The notes below the pieces were generated by a model that saw nothing but the letters and a program-made list of their open reading frames with translations, made no database searches and had not been told where the DNA came from. This document shows positions 54,634 through 62,543 of a stretch of 64,000 nt of DNA, piece by piece (position 1 is the first letter of the stretch; each line of letters starts with the position of its first letter). The position numbers and the translations under genes were made by a program. The DNA lies in the NCBI GenBank assembly GCA_038062455.1, contig JBBTXE010000001.1, forward strand, positions 122,371-186,370. Reading direction: 5' to 3'. This DNA comes from Patescibacteria group bacterium. Lineage in GTDB: Bacteria > Patescibacteriota > Microgenomatia > UBA12405.

Positions 54634-55473
54634 GTGAAACGTTTCTTGTCCCGGCTCTTTATCCCCCAGGAAAGCAATAATCATCGGGCCCTAATCCTTC
54701 AACCCTCTTTTTTGGGAATCTTTATTGCCGTTTATCTTTTAAACCAATCCCTCCTCCAGTCCCTGACTATCGCCCGTCCCGGCATCTTGGGCTATTCTTC
54801 GGAAATTACCCCTGATAAAGTCTGGGTTTTAACCAACAAAGAGCGTCAAAAACAAGACCTTCCCGCCCTCCAGTACAATTCCATTTTATCCGAATCAGCC
54901 GCCGCCAAAGCCAAAGATATGTTTGCCAAAAACTATTGGGCCCATTCTTCCCCAAACGGTGAAAGTCCTTGGGATTTTTTCCGTGACGCCGGTTATCAAT
55001 ATTCAATTGCCGGTGAGAATTTAGCTAAGGATTTTTATGACACCGAATCACTATTAAAAGCCTGGATGAATTCGCCAACCCATCGGGCAAATATAGTTAA
55101 CAGTAAATATCAGGAAATCGGCATCGGTGTCGTTAACGGTGTTTTAAATGGTATGAAGACCACCCTGGTGGTGGAGCATTTCGGCTCTCCTCTTAATGGC
55201 CGGGTTCTGGCTTCTGCTCCGGTAACTCCTGCATCCGCTACCGCCGAAAATTTCGGTCCGGCCACCTCACTTCATCCGATCAATCCGGCTCTGGTTGGCA
55301 AGATCCTCGGCTCGGTTATGTTTGCCATTATCATCGGTGTCTTAATTATCGATTCCTACATTACTCTAAAAAATCGCACTAGCCGCTTAACCGGATCCTC
55401 TGCTAGTCATGTTGCCTTTTTGGCCATTATTTTAGCTCTGCTTATTTTTTCCCGCCAGGGAACTATTTTTTAA
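54634..55473 (+). CDS. CAP/SCP/PR-1 domain protein (YkwD-like) with C-terminal TM region
   Basis: [55 protein letters not shown] start. Confidence 0.8.
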   Translation: MKRFLSRLFIPQESNNHRALILQPSFLGIFIAVYLLNQSLLQSLTIARPGILGYSSEITPDKVWVLTNKERQKQDLPALQYNSILSESAAAKAKDMFAKNYWAHSSPNGESPWDFFRDAGYQYSIAGENLAKDFYDTESLLKAWMNSPTHRANIVNSKYQEIGIGVVNGVLNGMKTTLVVEHFGSPLNGRVLASAPVTPASATAENFGPATSLHPINPALVGKILGSVMFAIIIGVLIIDSYITLKNRTSRLTGSSASHVAFLAIILALLIFSRQGTIF

Positions 55474-55476
55474 TCT

Positions 55477-55740
55477 ATGATGACTGTCTTTCGGGAAATC
55501 CGCAAACACCCCCTCAACTATTTAATTTTATTTTTACTCTTCCTCTTTATTGGCATTCTTCTTTTCACTTTCCGCTTTGACTCCCACAATCAAAGACGGA
55601 TTATTTATTTAGCTGCCGCTCTCTATCTTGGTTGGAGTTTATATCATCACTACCGCCGCGGTGACTTAAGTTTGTCTATCTTTATTGAGTATCTTCTTTT
55701 GGCCCTCTTTGCCCTGATTGTTGTTGCTGCCACTCTTTGA
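55477..55740 (+). CDS. Small membrane protein (87 aa, 3 TM)
   Basis: ORF plus hydrophobic profile only. Confidence 0.4.
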   Translation: MMTVFREIRKHPLNYLILFLLFLFIGILLFTFRFDSHNQRRIIYLAAALYLGWSLYHHYRRGDLSLSIFIEYLLLALFALIVVAATL

Positions 55741-56377
55741 TTTTTTTTGGATTTCCCGACAACAATATTTCCGGTACTTTTTCTCCGTTATATTCCGCCG
55801 GCCGGGTATATTGGGGATATTCAATAAAATTATTTTTTGAAAAACTATCAGTCTGGCTCGATTCATCTTTGCCCAACACTCCCGGCAATAATCGGGCGAT
55901 ACTATCGACCATCACCATCGCCGGTAATTCACCGCCGGTCAGGACATAATCCCCAATCGATATTTCCTCATCCACCAATTTACTTATCCTTTCATCAAAA
56001 CCCTCATAATGGCCGCAAATTATTATTATATTTTTTTCCTTTGACAACCTCACTGCATCAGCTTGGGTAAATCTCTTTCCTCTGGCTGAAGTTAAAATAA
56101 TTCTTGGTCTGTCATTCCCGCGCCGTGCCTGCCGGCAGGCAGGAAAGCGGGAATCCAATTTCTTTATTGCTTTGTCAATCACATCCACCCGGATCAACAT
56201 TCCCACTCCGCCGCCGTAGGGTTTATCATCCACCGCCCCATAACTATTCCAGGCCCACTGACGCATTTGATGAAGCTTTATCTTCACCTTTTTATTTTTT
56301 ATCGCTCTATCAATTATGCTGCTTGAGAAAGGGGATTCAAACATTTCCGGAAATAAGGTTAAAATATCAAATTGCAT
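55682..56377 (-). CDS. trmD: tRNA (guanine37-N1)-methyltransferase
   Basis: MQFDILTLFPEMFE, DDKPYGGGVGM, CGHYEGFDERI, SIGDYVLTGGELPAMV. Confidence 0.9.
   Translation of the reverse strand: MQFDILTLFPEMFESPFSSSIIDRAIKNKKVKIKLHQMRQWAWNSYGAVDDKPYGGGVGMLIRVDVIDKAIKKLDSRFPACRQARRGNDRPRIILTSARGKRFTQADAVRLSKEKNIIIICGHYEGFDERISKLVDEEISIGDYVLTGGELPAMVMVDSIARLLPGVLGKDESSQTDSFSKNNFIEYPQYTRPAEYNGEKVPEILLSGNPKKIKEWQQQQSGQRGPKEDTQ
56114..56154. repeat. Hairpin repeat, TTCCCGC/GCGGGAA family, copy 3 (nested palindrome, in frame in trmD)
   Basis: attcccgc-gccg-tgcctgccggcaggca-ggaaa-gcgggaat. Encodes SRFPACRQARRGND on the minus strand. Confidence 0.8.
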
Positions 56378-56380
56378 AAC

Positions 56381-56728
56381 TTATTTTACTTTATTTCTGG
56401 CATAAACCAATAAGTTGTCAACACTCCTCTCTTCAGGGGGTAAAAAAGCCAATGCTTCGTTGGCAACCACGTCCGGTGCCAAACCACCGCTTTTTCGGGG
56501 GACAATCTCTCCCGATTTAACCTGATATGTTGTCTGGTCATATCTTAGTAAAATCACTTCCCGCGGCCATCTCCTTGGCTTTCGCCCGTGGCCATTTGAC
56601 CGGCTCAAAAAATCGACTATTTTCAAACCTTCAAGGCTTCGATGACCATTTCGTGCCATTTCAGCTCTAATTTCAGCCAATGTTTTTCTTCTATACTCTT
56701 CTTCATTAAATTTCTCAAAGTCACTCAT
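56381..56728 (-). CDS. Hypothetical protein (115 aa)
   Basis: ORF ending 3 nt before the trmD start. No rimM or rpsP features recognised. Confidence 0.4.
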   Translation of the reverse strand: MSDFEKFNEEEYRRKTLAEIRAEMARNGHRSLEGLKIVDFLSRSNGHGRKPRRWPREVILLRYDQTTYQVKSGEIVPRKSGGLAPDVVANEALAFLPPEERSVDNLLVYARNKVK

Positions 56729-56836
56729 ATTACGGTCTAAACACCAGATTATTTTTCCGGCACTAATTTATAGATAAAAAATAAGCGGGGGCAACCGAGT
56801 TTATCATAGGATGTTTTGATGTGTTAATATAAATCT

Positions 56837-58000
56837 ATGTCTCAAAGGGACACAAGCAAACAAATCGCCGCCATTGTCATTCCCACCTACAACGAAGCCG
56901 ACAACATCGGCAAAATGATTGAATATTTCAATACCAAAACCTTCCCCCCATTAAAAACTAAGTGGGATCTTAAGATTCTGGTAGTCGACGACACTTCTCC
57001 CGATAAAACCTACGAAATTGTTCAAAAACTCCAAGAAAAATATTCTAATCTTCATCTGGTCATCAACCCGGTCAAATTAGGCATGGGCAACGCTATTGCC
57101 AAAGGTTTTCACTATGCCATTGAAAAATTAAAAGCCGATATAGTTATCGAATTTGATTGTGACTTCCAACATTCCCCCGATGATATCCCCAAGCTTTTGG
57201 CGGAAATTGATAATGGCTACGATTTCGTAATTGGATCCCGAAAAATTAAAGGTGGTTCTATCCCTGATTCCTGGGGTTTTGTTCGGAAATTCTTTACTTA
57301 TGTTGGCGGTTTTACTTCCCGTTTTATAATGTTTTTTCCTTTTAAGCCATTTTTTCAGGTTACTGACCCCACCACCGGTTTTCGCGCGTCTCGAGTCAAG
57401 GGTTATGTCGATAAAATTGATTTGGATCATCTTTATTCACTTAAGTTTGGGTACAAAATCGAATTGTTGTATCGGATGATTCAGTTGAAGGCCAAGTTTA
57501 AAGAAATTCCTCTGCGTTTTGGTCTTCGCGAAACAGGCGAATCAAAAATAGCCAAAGATACCGCTAAAGATATTCTTACGGTTTCAATTTTATGTCGTTG
57601 GTACGATGATTTCACCCAAAAATTCCTTAAATTTGGCACCGTCGGTTTTATCGGTTACTTAATTAACGCCTTAACTTTGGCACTTTTTTCTCAACTTTGG
57701 GGGATCGAATGGCTCTCTTGGTTTCTATCAACCGAGCTGGCCATAATTAGTAATTTTAGTCTCAACAATCTTTGGACTTTTAAATCCGACAAAATATCCG
57801 GTTCAAAACTTATTGGTAAATTCCTCACTTTTAACTTGTCTTCAGCTGGAGCTCTTCTGATCCAAACTGTTTTGGGTACACTTGGAGTTATGGTTTTCGG
57901 ATCGGGTTCTCGTCAAATCCTTTTACCCTTCATTATCCTTTTCTGTGTCCTGCCATACAATTGGCTAATGTACAACAAATTTATTTGGAGGAAGAAATAA
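56837..58000 (+). CDS. GT2 polyprenol-phosphate glycosyltransferase (Dpm1/Ppm1-like) fused to a GtrA-like membrane domain
   Basis: AAIVIPTYNEADNI, LVVDDTSPDKT, EFDCDFQH. C-terminal KFLKFGTVGFIGYLINAL...4-TM GtrA-like domain. Confidence 0.85.
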   Translation: MSQRDTSKQIAAIVIPTYNEADNIGKMIEYFNTKTFPPLKTKWDLKILVVDDTSPDKTYEIVQKLQEKYSNLHLVINPVKLGMGNAIAKGFHYAIEKLKADIVIEFDCDFQHSPDDIPKLLAEIDNGYDFVIGSRKIKGGSIPDSWGFVRKFFTYVGGFTSRFIMFFPFKPFFQVTDPTTGFRASRVKGYVDKIDLDHLYSLKFGYKIELLYRMIQLKAKFKEIPLRFGLRETGESKIAKDTAKDILTVSILCRWYDDFTQKFLKFGTVGFIGYLINALTLALFSQLWGIEWLSWFLSTELAIISNFSLNNLWTFKSDKISGSKLIGKFLTFNLSSAGALLIQTVLGTLGVMVFGSGSRQILLPFIILFCVLPYNWLMYNKFIWRKK

Positions 58001-58022
58001 AAATCAATATTTTTTAAAAAAA

Positions 58023-58763
58023 ATGAAAGGCATTATACTAGCCGGTGGCCAAGCCACCCGACTCCGGCCCCTTACCAAAATTACCAGCAAACAACTGCTT
58101 CCGGTCTACAACCAACCGATGATTTACTATCCTCTCAATACTCTCTTAAAGGCGGGAATAAAAGAAATTTTAATCATCGTCGCCCCCGATTATGCCGGCC
58201 AGTTTTTAAACTTGTTAGGTTCCGGTAAAGAGTTTGGTGCCGATTTTTCCTATGAAATTCAGGATCAGCCCCGGGGTTTGGCTGAAGCCTTTATCATTGG
58301 TGAAAAATTTATTGACAATGATAGTGTCACCATGATTTTAGGAGACAACATCTTTATTGGCCAGGACTTTTCTCAACATATCAGGGATTTTCAAAAAGGC
58401 GGTATGATTTTTGCCAAAAAAGTCCCCGATCCACAACGTTACGGAGTAGTCGAGTTTGGAAAAAATATGGAAGTAATTAGTATTGAGGAAAAACCGGTTA
58501 CCCCCAAAAGCAATTATGCCATTGTCGGTCTTTACACCTTCGATAAAAGAATTCCCCAAATTGCCAAAAACTTAAAACCTTCCGCTAGGGGTGAGTTAGA
58601 AATTACCGATCTTCACCAATACTATCTCCAAAAAGGGGAACTTAAGGTTAATATTTTTGACGGGATTTGGGAAGATGCCGGCACTTTTGAATCCTTACTT
58701 CGGGTTAGCAACATCGTCGCCGAACAAGAAAAGTCTATCCGATTGACCACACCCCAAAAGTAG
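58023..58763 (+). CDS. Sugar-1-phosphate nucleotidylyltransferase (RmlA/RfbA-like, short form)
   Basis: MKGIILAGGQATRLRPLTKITSKQLLPVYNQPMIYYPL, QDQPRGLAEAF, ILGDNIF, EITD. Confidence 0.85.
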   Translation: MKGIILAGGQATRLRPLTKITSKQLLPVYNQPMIYYPLNTLLKAGIKEILIIVAPDYAGQFLNLLGSGKEFGADFSYEIQDQPRGLAEAFIIGEKFIDNDSVTMILGDNIFIGQDFSQHIRDFQKGGMIFAKKVPDPQRYGVVEFGKNMEVISIEEKPVTPKSNYAIVGLYTFDKRIPQIAKNLKPSARGELEITDLHQYYLQKGELKVNIFDGIWEDAGTFESLLRVSNIVAEQEKSIRLTTPQK

Positions 58764-58776
58764 TATTAAATAAAGT

Positions 58777-59235
58777 ATGGGAAAAAATAATAACTGGAAA
58801 TCCTACTGTGTTAAGCTGGAAGATTTTTTAAATCTTTATTTTGGTCAAAAAGCCCCCGCTCTTCCCGATAACGTCAAGGAAACCATCGTCAAATACGGCC
58901 CCTATATATCTTTAGTCTTAATTGTTTTGTCCCTACCGGTAATTTTAATGGCTTTTGGTTTTGCCGGTGTTCTTTTGCCTTTTTCTTATTTTGGTGGAAT
59001 TCGTAGCGGCCTCTCGCTATCTATCGGCACTTTGCTGTCACTGGCGGCAATTATTTTAATGGTCATGGCTCTACCCGGTCTTTTCAAACGCCGGCTCTCT
59101 GCCTGGCGTCTGATGTATTATTCGAGTCTTGTTAGTGCTCTGCAGGCTCTGTTGGCGGTGAATCTGGGGAACCTGATTATCGGAGCTGTTCTTTCCTTTT
59201 ATTTCCTCTTCCAAATCAAGTCGCTTTACAAATAA
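58777..59235 (+). CDS. Hypothetical membrane protein (152 aa, ~4 TM)
   Basis: ORF plus hydrophobic profile. Confidence 0.45.
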   Translation: MGKNNNWKSYCVKLEDFLNLYFGQKAPALPDNVKETIVKYGPYISLVLIVLSLPVILMAFGFAGVLLPFSYFGGIRSGLSLSIGTLLSLAAIILMVMALPGLFKRRLSAWRLMYYSSLVSALQALLAVNLGNLIIGAVLSFYFLFQIKSLYK

Positions 59236-59244
59236 TTAAGACTT

Positions 59245-59655
59245 TTAGTAGCGGACCCGGTATCTTTTCACCAGATCTTGACCGTTTTTCAGTTTAAAAG
59301 TTATGGTTAGCCTTAAGTTGTTGATATTCCGGTAAGCAGTGCAGGCGCCATGTGAACAAGTTCCTAAAAACAATGAGCGTGTCGAATTACCCTCACTTGC
59401 TTTTACACTTCCATAAACTCCCTGTTCATTGCCATTACCATTGTAAATCAACTCGTAGTTTATCCCGCTAGTGCCGGATACTCCCCGAAAACTTAAGTTT
59501 AGATACTGTTTCCAGCCGCTTAATCTTGCCGAAACTCCCGGAGCCCCGCCATCACTTGTTGACACCGATTTCCAAACTCTTGGTTTGGCCGCTACTGCCG
59601 GGGAAACCAGAACGAAAAACATTACTGTTAAAACTAATCCGATTCTTTTTATCAT
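59245..59655 (-). CDS. Hypothetical secreted protein (136 aa)
   Basis: Signal peptide MIKRIGLVLTVMFFVLVSPAVAA. Confidence 0.45.
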   Translation of the reverse strand: MIKRIGLVLTVMFFVLVSPAVAAKPRVWKSVSTSDGGAPGVSARLSGWKQYLNLSFRGVSGTSGINYELIYNGNGNEQGVYGSVKASEGNSTRSLFLGTCSHGACTAYRNINNLRLTITFKLKNGQDLVKRYRVRY

Positions 59656-59679
59656 TTCTAGTATTATACTAACTTAACT

Positions 59680-60201
59680 ATGTCTAAAATCAAAATTGTT
59701 TTTACTATTGCAGTTGCTTTTATTTTAAGCGGTTGTACTATCAGAAATACCCCTAATCCCGCTATTATCCCTAGCTCTACTCCGGCTACTAAATTACTCA
59801 CCTGGGCCGATCCGGCCGGTTTTACTTTTGAGTATCCCGAAGAGGTTACTATCAACAATCATCCTGAAGATACCAAAAATTACGCCAATCTTACCCTGAC
59901 TTTTCCCAATAATACTCTAGTAGATATTATTATGGCCGATAAAGCCTCAACTTCCCCTCTCAAAAATAAAAATATTATTAATACCACCCTTGGCGGTAAA
60001 ACTGCCCAAAAATACATTGAAAACGGTCAAACTACTCTGGCCTGTATTGATAATGAAGTGCTGGTCACCATTAGTGGTCGGGACATTTCTCAAATTACTA
60101 ATTCCTGGGTCTTTGTCTATCCTACTCCCACTGTTGGCACTGCCAAAAAACCCGCCCCCGCCGTCTCCAACGATTCCGGTGATATTCTCGAAGAATTTTA
60201 G
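59680..60201 (+). CDS. Putative lipoprotein (173 aa)
   Basis: Lipobox AFILSGC at residues 12-18. Confidence 0.55.
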   Translation: MSKIKIVFTIAVAFILSGCTIRNTPNPAIIPSSTPATKLLTWADPAGFTFEYPEEVTINNHPEDTKNYANLTLTFPNNTLVDIIMADKASTSPLKNKNIINTTLGGKTAQKYIENGQTTLACIDNEVLVTISGRDISQITNSWVFVYPTPTVGTAKKPAPAVSNDSGDILEEF

Positions 60202-60267
60202 TGTTGAACGGACTAATCTAGATCACCACAATCCCATAAGTTCTTCGTTAGTGAATAACTTTTTCTC

Positions 60268-60540
60268 TTAATCTTGATCTATTAATCCAATAATTTTGTC
60301 CCTGTTGCCTTTTGGTCCTCGTTCCACTCTTACATATCTTCTAAAATCACTCACGTCTGGACCATGCAATCTCCTCACACTTACTCCTTTTACTGGAATT
60401 GTAACTTCTCCCTCAACCGTTCTGTTATAAGTTACGTGGCCATCGGCGACTCTTCTCATTTTAAATTTGGAATCGGGATGATGTTTTAGGTCACCGTCAA
60501 AACGTCCATGAATTCCCTGTAAATCTTCTACTTTAGTCAT
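60268..60540 (-). CDS. Hypothetical small protein (90 aa)
   Basis: ORF only. Arg/Gly/Asp/His-rich. Confidence 0.35.
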   Translation of the reverse strand: MTKVEDLQGIHGRFDGDLKHHPDSKFKMRRVADGHVTYNRTVEGEVTIPVKGVSVRRLHGPDVSDFRRYVRVERGPKGNRDKIIGLIDQD

Positions 60541-60628
60541 GGCCGGATTATATTATAAGTTCAAATTACATGCAATAACATAACTTCGATTATGAACTTT
60601 TTAATGGATTCCTGTGATTATGAAAAAC

Positions 60629-60691
60629 TGTTGCTCCGCATGTTGAACGTAGCGAAATCCCCCGAAGGAGAAGACTCGAACAATGCTACAA
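60629..60691. repeat. tRNA-Gln-3'-end-related repeat, distal diverged copy
   Basis: gttgctccgcatgttgaacgtagcgaaatcccccgaaggagaagactcgaacaatgctacaac aligns with 60981-61040 (shared ccgc.tgttga, cgaaatccc-hairpin-gga, gactcgaac). Confidence 0.55.
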
Positions 60692-60736
60692 CCTATTGAA
60701 CGGGACGGTCTAGAACAGTTTAGTCCTTATAACGAT

Positions 60737-60949
60737 TTAAGAATTCAAAAGAAGTTGGTAGGTTATTACCATTTGAATCACTACCATTAATATGGTTAAA
60801 CCCATTAATATTAATCCCCATTTTTTCCATGCCTTTTTATTTTTAATTATTTTAGGATCACCAACTAACCCTAAGATAAACACGACAATTCCAGTTAACC
60901 CAATAATTAGCATCGCTCTTACAACCAATCTCCAAATATCGAATATCAT
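60737..60949 (-). CDS. Possible small membrane protein (70 aa, 2 TM)
   Basis: ORF plus hydrophobic profile only. Confidence 0.3.
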   Translation of the reverse strand: MIFDIWRLVVRAMLIIGLTGIVVFILGLVGDPKIIKNKKAWKKWGLILMGLTILMVVIQMVITYQLLLNS

Positions 60950-60980
60950 AAATTTAGTTTATCACTTTTTAAAATATCTT

Positions 60981-61030
60981 GTTACCCCGCCTGTTGAGTT
61001 TTACGAAATCCCTTTAGGGAGACTCGAACT
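60981..61030. repeat. tRNA-Gln-3'-end-related repeat, proximal copy
   Basis: gttaccccgc|ctgttgagttttacgaaatccctttagggagactcgaact, followed directly by a second gttaccccgc, which is the real tRNA-Gln 3' end (61031-61040). Confidence 0.65.
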
Positions 61031-61031
61031 G

Positions 61032-61102
61032 TTACCCCGCATGGATTCGAACCACGATTCCTACGTTCAGAGCGTAGTGGCTTACCATTGGCCGACGGGG
61101 TA
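61032..61102 (-). tRNA. tRNA-Gln (anticodon CUG)
   Basis: Hand-folded: acceptor uaccccg/cggggua (U1-A72), D arm ggc-caaugguaa-gcc, anticodon arm cuacg-cuCUGaa-cguag, T arm cgugg-uucgaau-ccaug. 71 nt, CCA not encoded. Confidence 0.85.
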
Positions 61103-61135
61103 TTGTAAAAACTTATTGTTAAAAAACCGACCTAC

Positions 61136-61161
61136 CTCGCCGTAACTTCAGCGTAGGCGGG
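61136..61161 (+). repeat. Hairpin repeat, GCGTAGGCGGG family, copy 4 (33 nt upstream of tRNA-Gln)
   Basis: ctcgccgtaacttcagcgtaggcggg. Confidence 0.7.
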
Positions 61162-61207
61162 CGGGATATAAATTGTCTTATTTTACCCCAACCCATTATA
61201 ATAGGCC

Positions 61208-61372
61208 ATGCAAACCTTTGAAGAACTAGCGCTCGAATTAAAACTTGACCCAAAACAGTCTCAAGCCATCAAAACCTATTTTGAAAATCTGATCGTCGAA
61301 CTTTTAGAAAGCCTTAAAGTCGACAATCTTGAAAATTTTGACGACACCATTAACTCGGTACGATCAGGGTAG
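61208..61372 (+). CDS. Possible small acidic protein (54 aa)
   Basis: Below the track cutoff. MQTFEELALELKLDPKQSQAIKTYFENLIVELLESLKVDNLENFDDTINSVRSG. Overlaps the convergent MBL gene by 9 nt. Confidence 0.25.
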   Translation: MQTFEELALELKLDPKQSQAIKTYFENLIVELLESLKVDNLENFDDTINSVRSG

Positions 61373-62011
61373 TTCGCAATAGTTGCAATTAAACATTCTT
61401 TTAGCTTCGGCCAGATTTGTTTCCTCTCCATGTCCCGGCAACACCACCGTCTCATCAGGTAATTTTAGTAAACTACAAATACTTCGATAAAGCAGTTTTT
61501 TTGAAGAGTATTTATGTCCGGTTTCCCCCCGCAAACCTCCGGCAAAAACTGTGTCTCCGGTAAATAACAATTTTGATTTCGGGGCGTAAAAGCTAACCCC
61601 GCCCGGAGTATGTCCGGGACACTTTATTACCTCAATGGTGTCGTCATCCATCTTTATAGTCCGGATTTCCTTCAGGCTGTTATCAATCTTTTTAATTTTA
61701 GGGATCTTTATATCTCTTTTTAAAAAATATTTAGCTGTCTCTCCGGCCCTATCGACTAAAAAGGCGTCCTCTTTTCCCATGGCAATCGGAATATTATAAA
61801 TTAACTTTAGGTCAATTACTCCTAAAATATGGTCAAAATGACCATGGGTCAGCAATATCATCATTGGTTTTAGTTGTAATTCGTTTATTACTTGGGCTAT
61901 CTCTGTTCCCTCATCACCCGGATCAATAATGACAGCACTTTTATCAGTCGACCACAGCAGATAACAATTAGTTGCCAGTTCCCCCACCACCAATCTTCGG
62001 TAATTTAGCAT
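61364..62011 (-). CDS. MBL-fold metallo-hydrolase (glyoxalase II-like)
   Basis: LLTHGHFDHILG, PGHTPG, GDTVF, PGHG. Confidence 0.85.
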   Translation of the reverse strand: MLNYRRLVVGELATNCYLLWSTDKSAVIIDPGDEGTEIAQVINELQLKPMMILLTHGHFDHILGVIDLKLIYNIPIAMGKEDAFLVDRAGETAKYFLKRDIKIPKIKKIDNSLKEIRTIKMDDDTIEVIKCPGHTPGGVSFYAPKSKLLFTGDTVFAGGLRGETGHKYSSKKLLYRSICSLLKLPDETVVLPGHGEETNLAEAKRMFNCNYCELP

Positions 62012-62040
62012 GAGTTATTCTATAATATAGAATCAAGTTT

Positions 62041-62517
62041 ATGGCAAATCAACCCAATAAGCGTCTTTTCGTCGGCTCTCTCCCCTTCAAATATACCGAA
62101 GGTGAGCTCTTATCGTTATTCGTTCCTTTTGGCCGGATAACAGCGTTGCGGATTATTCACAACCAATGGGGTAAAAGCCGGGGTATGGGCTATGTGGAAT
62201 ATGATTCCCCTGAATCGGCTGTCGCCGCCAAAGGGAAAATGCACAATTTTATGCTTCAAGATCGGACTATTATCGTTGATTATGCTCAGCCTGACCCCTA
62301 TTTAACTCCCGAAGGCTTGGCTCGACATCAGGAAGCCCTGACCCGTAAAGGCCGCCATTCTTCCGTTCCCGCCGCCTCTCCGGTACCCGCCAAACGTCCC
62401 GAAGACACTTTTAAACCCAAAAGTTACTGGCAGCATCAGCGTCAATCAGTTTTTGACTCCCGTTTTCACCATGCCAAAGTTGGCGCCAAATTCGCCGCTA
62501 GAAATAAAAAGAAGTAA
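62041..62517 (+). CDS. RRM-type RNA-binding protein with basic C-terminal tail
   Basis: RNP2 RLFVGSL and RNP1 RGMGYVEY. Confidence 0.8.
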   Translation: MANQPNKRLFVGSLPFKYTEGELLSLFVPFGRITALRIIHNQWGKSRGMGYVEYDSPESAVAAKGKMHNFMLQDRTIIVDYAQPDPYLTPEGLARHQEALTRKGRHSSVPAASPVPAKRPEDTFKPKSYWQHQRQSVFDSRFHHAKVGAKFAARNKKK

Positions 62518-62526
62518 TTATTTTTT

Positions 62527-62543
62527 GAAAATTGATAATTGCG
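62527..62543 (+). repeat. gaaaattgataattgcg 17-mer (identical to 29390-29406) at the dus start
   Basis: Exact 17/17 match. A degenerate second copy, ggaaaatttgataattttgtaatc, lies at 62569-62592, flanking the hairpin ccgcc-tct-ggcgg. Confidence 0.8.

Noticed and set aside
61000-61030. A second tRNA or tRNA pseudogene next to tRNA-Gln, suggested by GTTCGAGTC (T-loop-like) on the minus strand.
   Set aside because: I could not form a T-stem, an anticodon arm or an acceptor pairing. I interpreted it as a tRNA-derived repeat or scar instead.
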